Notes: generated from the sequence alone by a model not told the origin. A stretch of DNA of 64,000 nt from Amoebidium appalachense (GCA_963693365.1 CAVNZM010000015.1:5650624-5714623); one strand, 5' to 3'; positions 29,400 to 43,535 are shown, counted from the stretch's first letter. Numbers and translations are program-made.

Positions 29400-30814
29400 A
29401 ATCATACACCCTAGAAAACTCGTTATGTAAACATGCCGTGGTTCAACAGATAGTCAATAGACGTAATATCAGGATTACTCAAATAAGCCAGTCTTCTAAT
29501 TTCTAACGGAATAATCTGAGATAAATACATCTATCTAAGTGTTTACGAGAAAAAGGTTCTGCACAAAAGTGGCACAAACATTTATGGAAACAAAGGTTAC
29601 AGCGCCAAAATAAACATTTCCAAGCTATATCACAAGGAGGGGTTAGAATTGCAAAATCGGTAAGTGTGGTAGGTTTACGAGAGGAAGGATAAATATAAGT
29701 AGCTAACTTACACAACGATTACCTCGCGAGGATAAAGAAAATAGACGAGTCTCTAATATAAAAAGAAGCACAGGCTCACTCTATATCACAACGATGAAGC
29801 AAAGGATATTGAGTATCGGAAACCAAGTAACATACTGCGGATAACTAGTAGAAGAGAAAAATAAAGGAGATAAGTATTTAAAAGGATATCTCGGAATGGG
29901 AGAGAGATTGGGGATAGGACATTTCGCACGAACATTAGAAATGCCGGGAACAGGTGCTAAAGAAGGAAAGAATTGCAACAAAGGATGATAAGAAGGAAGC
30001 CTAACCACATGAAAACAAAAGCGGAGTCCTAATTCATTCATACGCTGGCGCGCCGGAGGGAGACCAAAAACACTCAGCAAGCTTGAGCCGCCAAAGGATG
30101 CCTACTCGAGGTTCGAGAAATAAACTGGATGAATTCACGCTGAAAGGAATCGAATTCCAGAAGAGCCGCGCGCTGTTGCCGTGGGGGGGCACACAAGAGT
30201 AACGGGAGGCCATATTCGAAACATGGACGAACTTCAAGAAAAACTTTATAAAGAGTGAGCAAATTGGCAGGATGAATATTAGAGATATTTGCGAATATTC
30301 CTTGATAGATATGTAAGCGACCACGCGCACGAGAAATGCGCGAAGTCAAAAGGCGCTCAAACCAGATACCCTTAGAGGTGAAAGGAATACCTAAATAGTC
30401 ATAGGAGGACACGATTGGGATAGGTTGATTGTTCAGAGTGTACTGTGCATTGGAAGAAAAGGTGCCGCATTTATCTATCCCAATTTTCATGAAATTTCGG
30501 AAACACCAGTCATCTACTCGAGAAAGCATGTTATTCATGATAGAAGGATCGTGAGTGACTAAGACAATATCATCAACGAAAACAAGGCCGGAGACACAAG
30601 AGTCGCCGGCAACTGGAAATTGTTGAATTTCTACCGCTAAGTCGTCAATAAAGACGTCAAAGAGAAGGGGACTCAAAAGTGAGCCCTGAAAAAGGCCTCG
30701 AGTACGATTGAATCCGTTACTCAGTACCCCATTCACAACGGCAGCCCCATGGGTGCGGTCAAATGACGCCTGAAGTAGCCGACCAAAGGGTAAAAATCTT
30801 TCCGGAATAGCCAA
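29400..30814 (-). mobile_element. LINE copy 2, 5'-truncated, RT plus C-terminal Cys/His region, frameshifted
   Basis: RGLFQGSLLSPLLFDVFIDDL, FVDDIVL and YDYLGI non-LTR RT motifs (30074-30814); continues in ORFs 29781-30080 and 29503-29715. 3' end approximate. Confidence 0.9.
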
Positions 30815-30915
30815 GGCATCCGATCCTTGACTGGGCCCCAGTTGGAGTTAGCTTAGAGGGCCATTGCCATAGTTCTGCACCCAGGCGAGTCCCATCAGGG
30901 CATCCGATCCCCAAT

Positions 30916-30992
30916 GCGCTACATCCCGGGATTCGAACCAGGTGCCTCCTGCGTCAGAGGCGAGGTAAAATCAGATAATGAACCATTCGGTC
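30916..30992 (-). pseudogene. tRNA-like sequence (probable tRNA-derived SINE head or tRNA pseudogene)
   Basis: Minus strand ...CTCGCCTCTGACGCAGGAGGCACCTGGTTCGAATCCCGGG has a B-box (GGTTCGAATCC, 30939-30929) and T-stem; acceptor stem and D-arm do not pair convincingly. Confidence 0.55.
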
Positions 30993-31796
30993 GAGTAAAT
31001 CTTACTAAAATTTTAAACCCTACACCGAATTCGGCTGTTATCTCAAAAGAGAGTAACCCGTTGTTCAAGGGGGTGGAATGTGCTGTTTATTAACGACATG
31101 TAGGTGAGCTGTGATGATTTGTCGGCACCAAGGAAAACAGTACTTCCGAAGCCCAACAAGATATGCATGTAATAAAATCGGTGTTACACTTACATCATAC
31201 AAATTTTAAGTGGAGATATTACTAGAAACGTATCAAATGGACATCATATGTGGAGATATAATTAACTTTTTTTTTTTTTTTTGTTTCGTGTTCAAGTACA
31301 CGTATTCTGAGACTGTATTAGGTATGTTCAAGTAGTAAATAACTCAATACATCACACTGGTAACATGACCAAAGTAAAGAAGCTAGAAAGGCTTTGTTCA
31401 TGATGATCACAATTTTTGAGTCAATAATTATTGAATTGAAGAACTTGGATAATAAATCTTAAAGTGGTGATCAGAGCGACGATCAAGACGTCCATACATA
31501 TCCTCCCCCCCCCCCCCATCTTTCCTACCCTTTTCAACTGACACACGTTTGTTAGTTCCGCATGCCAAAAATCAACCCGATTTATTGTTTGCCCATGATA
31601 CTCCCCAACACACGTGATAACACATCTACTTTTCACTCGGGCACACCCACATACACAGCCACGCGTACACCGTGGCACACGCACACACACACGCACATGC
31701 GCGCGCGCACACACACACAGAGAGAGACACCGACACTAATATACATACACACGCACATATGGCCACAGCCACACCTTAAAATGGGCGCGCCTACGT

Positions 31797-31839
<43 letters not shown>

Positions 31840-32302
31840 CACACAGACACACAGACACACACAAACACATGTGAACATCGGCGGGAAAATTGTGACGTAG
31901 CCCTCCTTCACGCCTGGGCCGAGATTCAGCTTGCATGCACCGGCGCAGCCCAGCGCAAGTATGGTAGGCCCGTGATTGCCCCATTCCTCCCCCGGCTAGC
32001 CATACTAATAGTGTGGCTGCATGTACCGAGAGGCTATGCAACACTGCAGCTGCCCCCCAGATATGCTAGACACCTGCGTTCTGGATATTCCCCCCCCCCC
32101 CCCTCCCCCCTCCCCCTCCTCACTAGGTTTCACTTCTGGTTTTTGTATGTTTGTTACATATGGTTCTTTTGTCTTCTGATGTCTCCACCTTCATAACTTA
32201 AGCAACCGTCATGGCCGCCTTATGCATCCCCCTCCCCCCCTCCCCCCCCCCCCTCTTCCCCCCCCCCCCCCCCCTCCCCCCCCCCCCCTCTCCCCCTGCC
32301 CC

Positions 32303-32355
<53 letters not shown>

Positions 32356-32590
32356 CACCCACCCCATTCGCACCCGCCTTGACCCACCGGGTAACACCCC
32401 TGATTATGAACGTTGGTTAGGGGCTCTGGCCTGCATTTATTGTTTTGTGTTCACTGTTTTATTTCCTCCCTCCTCCCCCCTCTAAATGTGTTTAACCCAC
32501 CTCCCCCCCCCCTCCCTTACCAAGGTCTCCACCTCTGGTAATCACTAATACTCAAAAACACAGCACAGTTACACACACACACACTCGCGG

Positions 32591-32820
<230 letters not shown>

Positions 32821-33169
32821 TCACTCACTCACCGTGCTTTCCTGTCCCCCTCATGCCCTCCCTCCATCCCTCCCGTACTCCCTCCCTCCCTCCGGCATTC
32901 GTCCATCCCCTCGCTCTCCCACGCCCTCCTCTGTCTCCCCCAGGTCCCCCCCCCTCCCCCCCCCCCCCCCCCCCCCCCCTAAAAACCATCTTCCCCCCCT
33001 TGGTCCCTCCCCCTACCCTCATTAATCACATTGCCAAATGCGGCTCTCGCAAATGTCTAACACCTAAATACATATGTAGCGGGCCGCCGGTTTCTCAAGC
33101 TGATGGTACATTATTGACTTCTTACCCGCCGCTTTCGCGGTACACGTGCTATACAGTGGAGATCTAATA

Positions 33170-33656
33170 GCCCCAGCCATATCGGCAAAGTCAACTTGCA
33201 AATAGCAGAATTATTCTGCAAAAGCGGAATTATTCTGCAAGAAACGGAATTATTCTGCAAAAGCAAAATTATTCTGCAAAAGACAGAAATATTCTGCAAA
33301 AAGCCGCAGTGAATTGTTCTGCCAAAGGCAGAGTTGTTCTGCAGATTATTCTGCGAAAGCACACTTTTACTGCTTTGAGCAGAATCGCCCTGCTTTTAGC
33401 ACAATTATTCCGCAGAAAGAAGAATTGTTCTCAATGCTTGCAACTAATTCTGCTTTTAGCAGAATAATTCTGCCTTTTGCGGAATAGTTTGCTGTTTGCA
33501 GAATAAATTCTGCTTTTAGCAGAATTATTCTGCTTTTGCTGAATAATTCTGCTTAATTCTGAAACGTGAATTCTGCTTTTTGGAGATTAATTTTGCTTTT
33601 TGCAGAACAATTCTGCTCAGAGCAAGTTAACTGGGCCGATGTCGTCAACTTGGGGC
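33170..33656. mobile_element. Foldback/MITE-like element built of about 19-20-bp subrepeats (GCAGAATTATTCTGCAAAA)
   Basis: Left arm atcggcaaagtcaacttgc...gcagaattattctgcaaaa mirrors right arm ttttgcagaacaattctgc...gcaagttaactgggccgat; subrepeat orientation flips near 33360. Confidence 0.75.
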
Positions 33657-33951
33657 CTTCTACCGTAGAGTAACCAATTGTAAGGTGGCATTGTTTGCAT
33701 GCCCAAACAACACACACACAAGTTAAACTGTCATGTATCACCAAAAGTGGACTGATAGACCACATAATACCACAGCTGACACAGGACGCATTCATAGCAG
33801 ACACCCAGACACATACTATACATGTGCAGTATAATTATTCCTTGATTTTGACTACTATTTGTTTATTAGATCGATGTATTGATCGGCTTGAGAACACACA
33901 ACGAAGATCTAACACACACACACAGTCACGCGCGCTCGCGCGCGCGCGCGC

Positions 33952-34010
<59 letters not shown>

Positions 34011-35789
34011 CACACACACACATGTACAACGGTACAAACTCACACCGGATGATGCCCAGACTTGTCTCAGGGGAACAGTTTTATAAAATAATAATAATAA
34101 ATAAAGAAAAGCTACTGAACTAAACTTTGCAATCCCGGTATTGATAGTTTGTCTGCCGGTACATATCCTCTCCTCTAAAAATTTTGCCCGGTAGGCACCG
34201 CCCAGCGCCCGCATCCTCCCTGCTCCCGGCTCGGCAGCTTTGTCAGCTGGTGGGGGCACTCGAGTTTGTCGAAGATCATATCATTGCTCAGCGGGGGCTC
34301 GAGGGCCCAAAAAAAAAAAAAAAAAAAAAAAAAAAAGGAAAAGCAAAAAGAAAGAAAATAAAGAAAGAAAGAAAGAAAGAAAGAACGGAGGAAAATAGCA
34401 GCCGAGCCACGGCAGCATTAGCATCTGATCAGGCACTCACAACTCCGCATGATGGCGAACACCAAGGCCAAATGGCCCGATTGCCACCATCAAAACGTTG
34501 AAAGCAAGGCCTCCTATAAGTAAACACTTAGTGGAAAGGCATGTGGGAGCCCAAACATGGAAGGAGGAGTCTCTCTCTCTCTTTCTCTCTTCTCCTTCTC
34601 CCTCCCCCCCCCCCCCCCCCCCCCCCCCCCTTACCACCACCACCACGTGACACGTACACACATGAACATAACATACACGTACGTAGGCTCCCCCCGGGCC
34701 GCTCGGATCGATCACCGATCCGGAAACAACCATTTACACTACAGCCCCTCCTATGATACACCGACCCCCCCGGAGGCTGCACTTAGGTGGGGAGAGGGGG
34801 GGGGGGAGGGGGGAGGGGGGAGGGGGGGGAGGGGAGGAGGGGGCTATATGACGCTGGGCGACTGTACAGTATTGGGCTCCCAGCACCTGTGCACATTTAC
34901 AAGATACATATAATAACAGCTATCTAATGCACCTAACATAGCATTGGCTAAGTCTACGTGCACACTTGACATAAATGCACGTAGGCTCCCGTGCACATGC
35001 ACACATCATACTAATAGTAGCACACATTAGCACACATTAGCACACATTAGCACACATTAGCACACACACACACACACACAGTTACTCCCAGTCTGAGAAT
35101 GCACGCACACCTCTGTACCTAAACTTAGAAACACATGGACAATGTCCCACGGTGGTGGCGCTGTGCTTGGAAGCTGCCCTTACGAAAAACTGCGCCCATA
35201 GTGTGGAAAATTTAATGGCGTATATTTGGGGATATATCTCTGGCGTATTATTGGGGATATATCTCTGGTGTATTATTGGGGATATATCTCGTTTTCTCAT
35301 GGCCGCACAGAAACGACAAATATTAGACGTGGACCCAGCCCACCATGATTACAGGGTCTATACAGCGGGACTCAAAACAAGCCATTCGCAGTTATTGCAA
35401 AAATAAAAAAAACCCATAAAAAAAATCACAAGAAGTTGTAGGAGAAGTGCTTTAAAATTTTTTTGGGGGTAAACAGCGTGAAGTATCAACTATAGACATG
35501 CTTTCAAAAACAGGGACCCCCCCACCCTACCCCGCTTCCTCCCTCGCCACCATACCCCCCCCCCCCCCCCCCCCCCCCACCACAAAAAGAACTGTCGTCA
35601 TTCATTCTACAATGCACGTTATGCATGTGTGTGTGTGTGTGTGTGTGCGCGCGCGCGCGTGTGCGTGTGTGTACGTGTGTGCATGCATGTGTGCGCGCGC
35701 GTGCATGGTGCATGTTCAAACATGTCCGCGAGCCCACTAGTGCCGTTACAATGTGGTCTCCCATGCCACGTGCACGTACCCACGTTAAG

Positions 35790-36242
35790 CTACCAGAACA
35801 ATCTCTTGAACAGGCTGGGCTCATTCGCTGGTTGCGGTGGCGGGGATTCTTCCTCCTGTTTGGCTATGGGCTCCTCCACCTCCCCCTCCACCTCAAGCCG
35901 CCCCAACTGTGAGTGGCCAGAGGTCAGCTGACTTACTAAATATGGTGAAAAGGGCAACAGGTGGCCGTCAATTAAGCTAGGTGACAGGGGGGAACTGCCA
36001 TTTCAGGATACATCTATAAATGGCAACACCCTGTAGCAGGTAGTTGCCCATAAGTTATATACATGTGTGTGTATGTGTGTATGGACGTGCGCGCACGGAT
36101 GGTAGCAATCTATATAAGGCAACATCCATATGAGGCAACCCACCTGCAGCAGGTAGTTATATCCATGACCTATACTTATATAGACTTGAAGGTAACACCC
36201 ATATAAGGCAACAACTATATCTATATCTATATCTATATCTAT

Positions 36243-36305
<63 letters not shown>

Positions 36306-36590
36306 AGATGTGTGTGTGTGTGCATATGGCAACCCACCTGCAGCAGGTAGTTATCCATGACCTGCCTGACTGCTGCCGACCCACCCACCCGCTGCAGCAG
36401 CAGCTCAAACTCGGCCGCAGGCATCATGCGAAGGCTCACCTGGCCACGTGCAGTGAGTGGACATGCACACACACATACACACACACGCACACACACACGC
36501 ACGCACGCACGCACGCACGCACGCACACGCACACGCACACGCACACGCACACGCACACGCACACGCACACGCACACGCACACGCACACGC

Positions 36591-36621
<31 letters not shown>

Positions 36622-36771
36622 ACACAGAAGCACATAGGGCCGGAATTCAATATAATGCTGCAGGCAACCCCATGACCCCATGCCACATACACACGCCCCA
36701 AATTGCCTTCGATCTGAGCAACCACACATCATCTATGCCCGCTATTGCAGAACTGGGGGGGCATCTGCTCG

Positions 36772-36836
<65 letters not shown>

Positions 36837-37086
36837 GGCATCAATATATATTGAACACTGTCCGTTGCCGGTTACATTTTTGGATGAAACTTCCTCACTC
36901 CTCCAAGCAAAGTCATGGGGATGCACGGAGCAATGATTCTACACCAATAAAAGCAATGACAGTAATGCAACTAGGGGGAGACTTACCACATTGCCTGCCT
37001 GCTGGATGATACGCTGCAGCCTGGGCCCGTGGATGCCTATGACTGTGTGTGTGTGTGTGTGTGTGTGTGTACGTGCGTGCGTGTGT

Positions 37087-37129
<43 letters not shown>

Positions 37130-37163
37130 TGCGTGCGTGCGTGTGCGTGTGCGTGTGCGTGTG

Positions 37164-37206
<43 letters not shown>

Positions 37207-38149
37207 CCCCCTTTTGTTTACCGATGCACATTCGCATCAGTTCCAGAAATATAGGTATTGTTGACTTGGAAATTATATAGCGCCTGTTGCGTTCGAGCCA
37301 CGACGGCAGGAGTTTACACACACTTAGCTATGTTTTTTTACTTCCGAAAAGCGCCAAAAACACCGGGGTTGACTATGTTTTTCTGCTTCTTGCGGGTCTT
37401 TTGTCTAAGCGTGCCTATATTTTCATCGAACGGCTCCTCAATTTTCAAAGGCCGGCGGCAATATAATGCCTGGGGTTCATAGTTTGCAACCCTGGAATCG
37501 ATCGGCTGATAAGTGTTTCAATCCGATTTGCTAAAATCTATACGAGGATTCATATTACATAACTTCACTGAACGGAACCCCGCCGCGGTCGCCAAATCAG
37601 CACAAAACACGTGCTCATAACACGTGCGGATGCTTAGATACACACCTTTTTTTTTTTCCACAGCACACAAATAGAGTTATGTATACACGTGTCTGTTGCA
37701 TTTTTGTCTAATTTGGCCGCTTCTAATTATGTGTTTGATAGTCTCAAATCAGGTAGATTTTGGGCTCCGGGAGAACAAAAGGGGGGTAAGCCACCTAAAT
37801 TTACTCCGGCACATCCCAAAGCCCCAAAACACCTGCCCAATATCAAAGAAAATACAGCCCCCCCCCCCCCCCCCCCAATCCCTCCCCAAAAAAAAAAAAA
37901 AATCATTAAAAAAATAAATAAAAATCAAAAAATAATTAAAAAATCAAATAAAAATAAAAACCAACCAAGTTAGTAAACAAAAAATAAAATTAAATTAAAA
38001 AACAAACCAAAAAAATCACCTAAAATGACTTTTGTAAATATCTAAAGCTCGAGGATATTATGGAACATGCTGCCCGCACACACACACAAACGCCCACATC
38101 CCCCCCCCATAAAACATTCCCTTCCGTTTTGCCATCCTTTTCATCTAGC

Positions 38150-38196
<47 letters not shown>

Positions 38197-38790
38197 AAAC
38201 CCTGGGGAAACTGAAGAAGACAAAAATTACCTTCTGTCACCCACCATCCTGCCGTCTCTTTTCTTGCCACACAGAAACAGGGAGCAGCAGGAGAGAGGGG
38301 GGAAGGGAAGGAGGGGGGGGGGTTGGTTGGTTAAGTTACCGCAGTCGTGGTTGACCTCGACCAGATAGTGGTCTAGGGGGATGGGGTACTGCGCACACAG
38401 AGAGCCCTCAGTCACACTCACAATCTGTACTGTGACGTCAGCAAAGCAAACCCCCCCCCCCCCCCCCCCCCCCCCCCTCTTCCCTCCGCGCCACACACAC
38501 ACACACAAAAAGGCACACACACTTACACGCATCCACTGCCCCCAAAACCATCCACTGCCAACACGGATGCAGGCCACCAAATGCACACCCATCATATAAC
38601 ATCAACCATACAAACGCCAAGGTTGGAGCAAAAGCATGAGGCATGCTTGGGCAAGCAGGGCAGGCTGGTAGGCTTCAAAAAACCAAAACAAAGGTGCTGG
38701 TGCTGCACGTGTGCACGTGCTAAGGGTCTGTCTGTGTGCAGCAAGAAGTAGCGGTGTGGGTGTGGGCAGCCGGCCGGCAGATAGCACAAC

Positions 38791-38870
<80 letters not shown>

Positions 38871-39332
38871 TGTAGACGCGATGTGTGTTTGTTGTGTGTG
38901 TGCCGAGCGCACACATGCACGCATGTTCCTGCCCGCACCTGTGTGAGTGCAAGTGTGTGTACAAACACATGTGAGCATCCCTATGTGTGTACAGGCACGG
39001 TACATAGTTGTGCATTTATAGTGCACAGCTTCACACCCACCTTTCCGTTCTCCAGATTCAACCCCAGTGGTTGGCCCTGAGTTCTCACCACACTCACAGT
39101 CACATCAAAGGAGCAGTCAGCAACAAGCATGTCGATGGTGGGCAGAGAGGCAAGGTCGGTAAGCATGCTGTCCGTGGTGGCATAGCGCAGCTGTGTGTGT
39201 GTGTGTGTGTACACATGGTGGGGTAGCCGTGTGATGTAAGTGATGGGTGTGAGTGAGCCGGAAGGCATACAAACTCCTAACTCCTAACCAGGCCGTCCCC
39301 ATACATGTTTGATCCACAGCTCATCCCCCCTC

Positions 39333-39363
<31 letters not shown>

Positions 39364-39371
39364 AAAAAAAA

Positions 39372-39402
<31 letters not shown>

Positions 39403-39820
39403 ACCACACACATGAACACAAACACACATAACACCCCCCCCCCCCCCCCCCCCCCGGTCCCCCCCATCCCCCTGTCACAAAAAAAAAAAAGCGCCAAAAA
39501 AGAAAAAAAAGAAAAGTGAGAAGAAGAAGAAAACAAAAGAAAGAAAGAAAGAAAAGAGAGAGAGAGCAAGGAAAGAGAGAGGGGGAATAAAAAGAAAGAA
39601 AGAAAGAAAGAAAGAAATAAAAGAAAGAGGACACACACACCTGCATGCCATTGCACATGAGGATGTGGTCGCCCACCACCAGACCAGCACTCTCAGCCAT
39701 GCTCCCAGGCAGCACCAGTGACACACACATGGCCTCCCCAACCTTCTGCACACTGAACCCAAACCGCTGGTCCCCTGTGTGTGTGCGTGCGTGTGTGTGT
39801 GCACATATGTGTGTGTGTGT

Positions 39821-39860
<40 letters not shown>

Positions 39861-40545
39861 GTGTGTGTGCGCGCGCGTGTGTGTGTGTGCTTGAGCATGA
39901 GCATGAGTGTGTGTGCGTGTGTATGTGTGCACACTTGGGAGTACGAGAAAAGGAAAAAAGGCATGGTGGAGGTGTTAGTCGGGGCAGGGAGGAGAGCAGG
40001 TGGGCGGGGAGAAGGGTGAGAAGGGGGAGGGGGGGGGGGGGGGGAGGGGTAGGGAAGGGGGGGAGGGAGGGGGAAGAATAAGGATGTGCTATCCAGGGCC
40101 AAGTCCATAGTTGAGAGCACAACACAGCACAGAGAATAACTTGGAAACATGAAACCCAGAGAGCACAGAGAGCACACGGCAGGAAGAAGACGAAAGAACC
40201 CAAAAGAAGAAAACCCAACAAATTGAATAACAAAACCTTAGTGGTGCATCTTGATGGTGCAGGTGGTGGGGGTTCTCTCTCTCCCCCCCCCCCCCCCCCC
40301 CCCCCCCGCCCCCCCCCTCCGCCCCCATCACCTCTGTCTCTCTCTCTCTCTCCCACCCCCCCTTTTTTTCCTATCTTTTTTTATATTTTTATTTTATTTT
40401 ATTTTATTTTTATTTTTTTTTGTGGGGGGGGGGGGGGGGTGAGAGTACCTAATCTCCTGAGGACTATGGGGCGTGAGGGGGGTGCACTGTCATCGACATT
40501 AAGATGGATCTTGGCTGTGGGGTCAAACCGAAGGGCATCGATGGA

Positions 40546-40596
<51 letters not shown>

Positions 40597-41616
40597 TGTG
40601 CTGGGGGAGGGGGAAGAGGACGGGTAGGTGGGGGTTAGGGTTGGTGTGTGGATGGGTGTGTTGCTCCCAGGGTGATAGGAGCCATTCACGTGTGGGTGTT
40701 GGGGGGATGGCGGCGCGCCCTGGGCGGCGGGGGGGGGGGGGGGGGGCTTACTGGAAAAAAAAAAGGAATTGGTATGCGGGAAGGGAAAGGTAAGAATGGG
40801 GAGTGGTGGTAGCGGTAGGCCGATGACATCGGGGGCGGGCAGCATATTAGATATGTGGGGAGATAAATATGTGGGGAGATAAAAATGTGGGGAAAGGTGT
40901 TTACAAGCATATGTGGGACTGGTTGTTACAATATATATGGGGTGAATGTGTGAGCAGGGAACGAGCCCGCTGCCGTTATAAATCACTTGTGCCGGTGCGT
41001 TTTTTTTCTTTTTCTTTTTCTTTTTCTTTTCTTTTCTTTTTTTTTTTTGGGGGGGGGGGGGGGGGGCAAGAATCCGGGTCCCTAAATAGCAGTTTGTGTG
41101 AGGGATCTTTTGAATGAAGTTTATTTAGATCGGGGCATCAGGCAGGACTAAAAGGTTACACAGTACGGTCACCTTAGATACATCACCACTGTATGTAAAA
41201 TGTGTGTGCCTGCGTACCCTGTGTGTGTCTATGGATGTGAGAATGGGGTGTGTTAGCACGCAAATATTATGTGTGACGGAGTGTGTGTATGCGTGGAAAG
41301 AGGGAAGGGGGGCGGGAGAGGAGGAGAGAGAGTGAGAGAGGGGGGGGGGGGGGGGGGGGGGGGGGGAAGAGAGAGAGAGAGGCAGAGAGAGAGAGGGGGG
41401 GGGGGGGGGAGTGTGTGTTTGTGTGGGTGTGTGTGCGCACGCGCGGATGTATGTGTGACGGAGTGTGTGCATGCGTGAGCACGAGGGAAGGGGGGGGGGG
41501 AGGGGGGGGGGAGAGGAGAGAGAGAAGAGGGGGGAGGGGGGAAGGGGAGAGGAGGAGGGGGAGAGGGGAAGAGGAAGAGAGGCAGAAAGAGAGTGAGAGT
41601 GAGAGAGACAGAGAGA

Positions 41617-41662
<46 letters not shown>

Positions 41663-41665
41663 AAG

Positions 41666-41699
<34 letters not shown>

Positions 41700-41739
41700 G
41701 GTGTGTGTGTGTGTGTGTGAGTGAGTGAGTGTGAATCTT

Positions 41740-41779
<40 letters not shown>

Positions 41780-42028
41780 CGCTCACGTGTGTATCTATGC
41801 CTGTGCCTGTGCCTGTGCCTTTCACGCACCACTGACTGCCAGGGCTTCAAATATCATTGGCTGCTCGGCAAAGTCTATGCTCACATCCTTGTGCAGCCAA
41901 AACGGCGACACCTTGTCGGGGTCGGGCTCCATCCTGCCCTGCATGCTGTTAATAGGGCCCGAAGGTTTTATGGTACACTTATGGGGAAACAGAAGACACA
42001 ATCACTTCTCCGCACCTTCCCCCCTCCC

Positions 42029-42075
<47 letters not shown>

Positions 42076-42447
42076 CCTCCCCCCCCCTCCCCCCCCTCCC
42101 TCTCCCTTCACCATGACCCCAATAGACTTGCAGAAGTAGCGTATCACAAGCGTATGAACAGACACCACACACTTCGCATAAAGAGGCACGCACGTGCGGA
42201 CGTATGCCTGCACGTGCACACACACGCACCTGCACAGCCCATCAGTGGGCAGGCAGCCTGCTGCTGGCACCCGCCGTGACGTGTCAGCCAACGCTTCGTT
42301 CTTTGTTGGGATTGCGGGGAGGGGGGAGCCTTGGAGGTGCAAGCACAGAGGAGGCGAAGGTGTTGGGGGAGGGGGCGGGGGCTCTGTGTGTGCGGTGCCA
42401 GAGGTACACTGTGGAGTGGGTGCAGCGACAGAAGCGTATAAACTCAC
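35790..42447 (-). CDS. SDCBP: Syntenin-like tandem PDZ domain protein; start unresolved
   Basis: Exons about 42447 (or 42329)-42230, 41945-41830, 40547-40449, 39774-39641 (FGFSVQK...[23 protein letters not shown]), 39190-39041 ([10 protein letters not shown]...LGLNLENGK), 38424-38340, 37042-36987 (VIGI), 36439-36338 ([17 protein letters not shown]...VMDN), 35906-35790 (stop TAG). Phases agree; the short PDZ1-PDZ2 linker and post-PDZ2 tail resemble syntenin. Confidence 0.8.
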
Positions 42448-42479
42448 GCTAACGGCAGTGTATATCTGCTATAATCCGA

Positions 42480-43040
42480 TAGGCTAATATTCTACTTGCA
42501 GACACGATCATGAAAAACAACACACTGCAGGCTGTATGAGGGTTTACGTTTCAGGTTAAAAAGGTAATGAAACCGGCAAAACTCTGGCGTTTATGTTTAT
42601 TTTTATATTTATAATCTATTGTGATGTTAGTACCGTTCATTCCTGATTAAAATATTCAAACGTTTAAAGCAAGAGCAAGAAGCACTATTTGTATTTGAAG
42701 TCAGAATGGCTCATGACTGCCTAACCGCCACACTTCAGGATGCTAACATAAACACGTTTTTGTGCTTGTTCATTTATCAATACAACACTCACACAAAGTT
42801 TTGTACGTCTACAAGTCGCCCACTTCGAAGTTTAGTCATCGTTGAACAAGACCAAAGCTTCACTTTTTTGTAAGTTAGCATACACTTATTCTAATTCTGT
42901 GTATAGTAATGGGTGTGTTCACCCCGTATTCTGTGGCAGCCACATTTTTATGGAGGATTTCTGCGATTAAACCCTACCATCCATAACCAACATTTCGCTT
43001 TCCTTCACTCCTCTCCCTTTTCATACACACCCGCCCCCCA
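42480..43040. promoter_or_regulatory. Probable bidirectional promoter region
   Basis: AT-rich, microsatellite-free stretch between two divergently oriented genes; no specific motif identified. Confidence 0.45.
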
Positions 43041-43046
43041 TCCACC

Positions 43047-43492
43047 ATGGAGGGAGGCACATCCACCACCGAGCACAGCGACTATGAAGAAGAGATAGCC
43101 ATTGTGCGGGCACAGCACCTACACCCCAACGGGCCCCATCTCCTCTCCCTCGACCTCACCCTAAACAGCACCACCGCCTCTCCTGCCTGCCTCAGCCCCC
43201 ATTCCCCCTCTGACGTAGCAGACCCAGGGAGTGGAAATGATTTATTCTGGGGTCCCGACAACACGTCATCCCTACCCATCCCCCCTACCTCCAACCCACC
43301 TGCAGTAACGGTGGCCTTGCCTGCTGGGTCGGTGTGGGGAAAGAGGCCGGACTTGAAGCCACCACCAGTTATGGTAGGTAGTGGGCAACCTTTTCTTGCC
43401 GATACCCCCCCCCCCCCCCCCCCCCCCCCCCCGGCTTACACACACACACACACACGTGTACACACGAACACACGCGCACACGCGCGCGCGCA

Positions 43493-43535
<43 letters not shown>

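Noticed and set aside
30916-30992. Functional tRNA gene
   Set aside because: Only the T-arm/B-box is convincing; the acceptor stem does not pair.
33200-33620. CRISPR-like palindromic repeats
   Set aside because: No spacers, and the orientation flips mid-array; it fits a foldback element.
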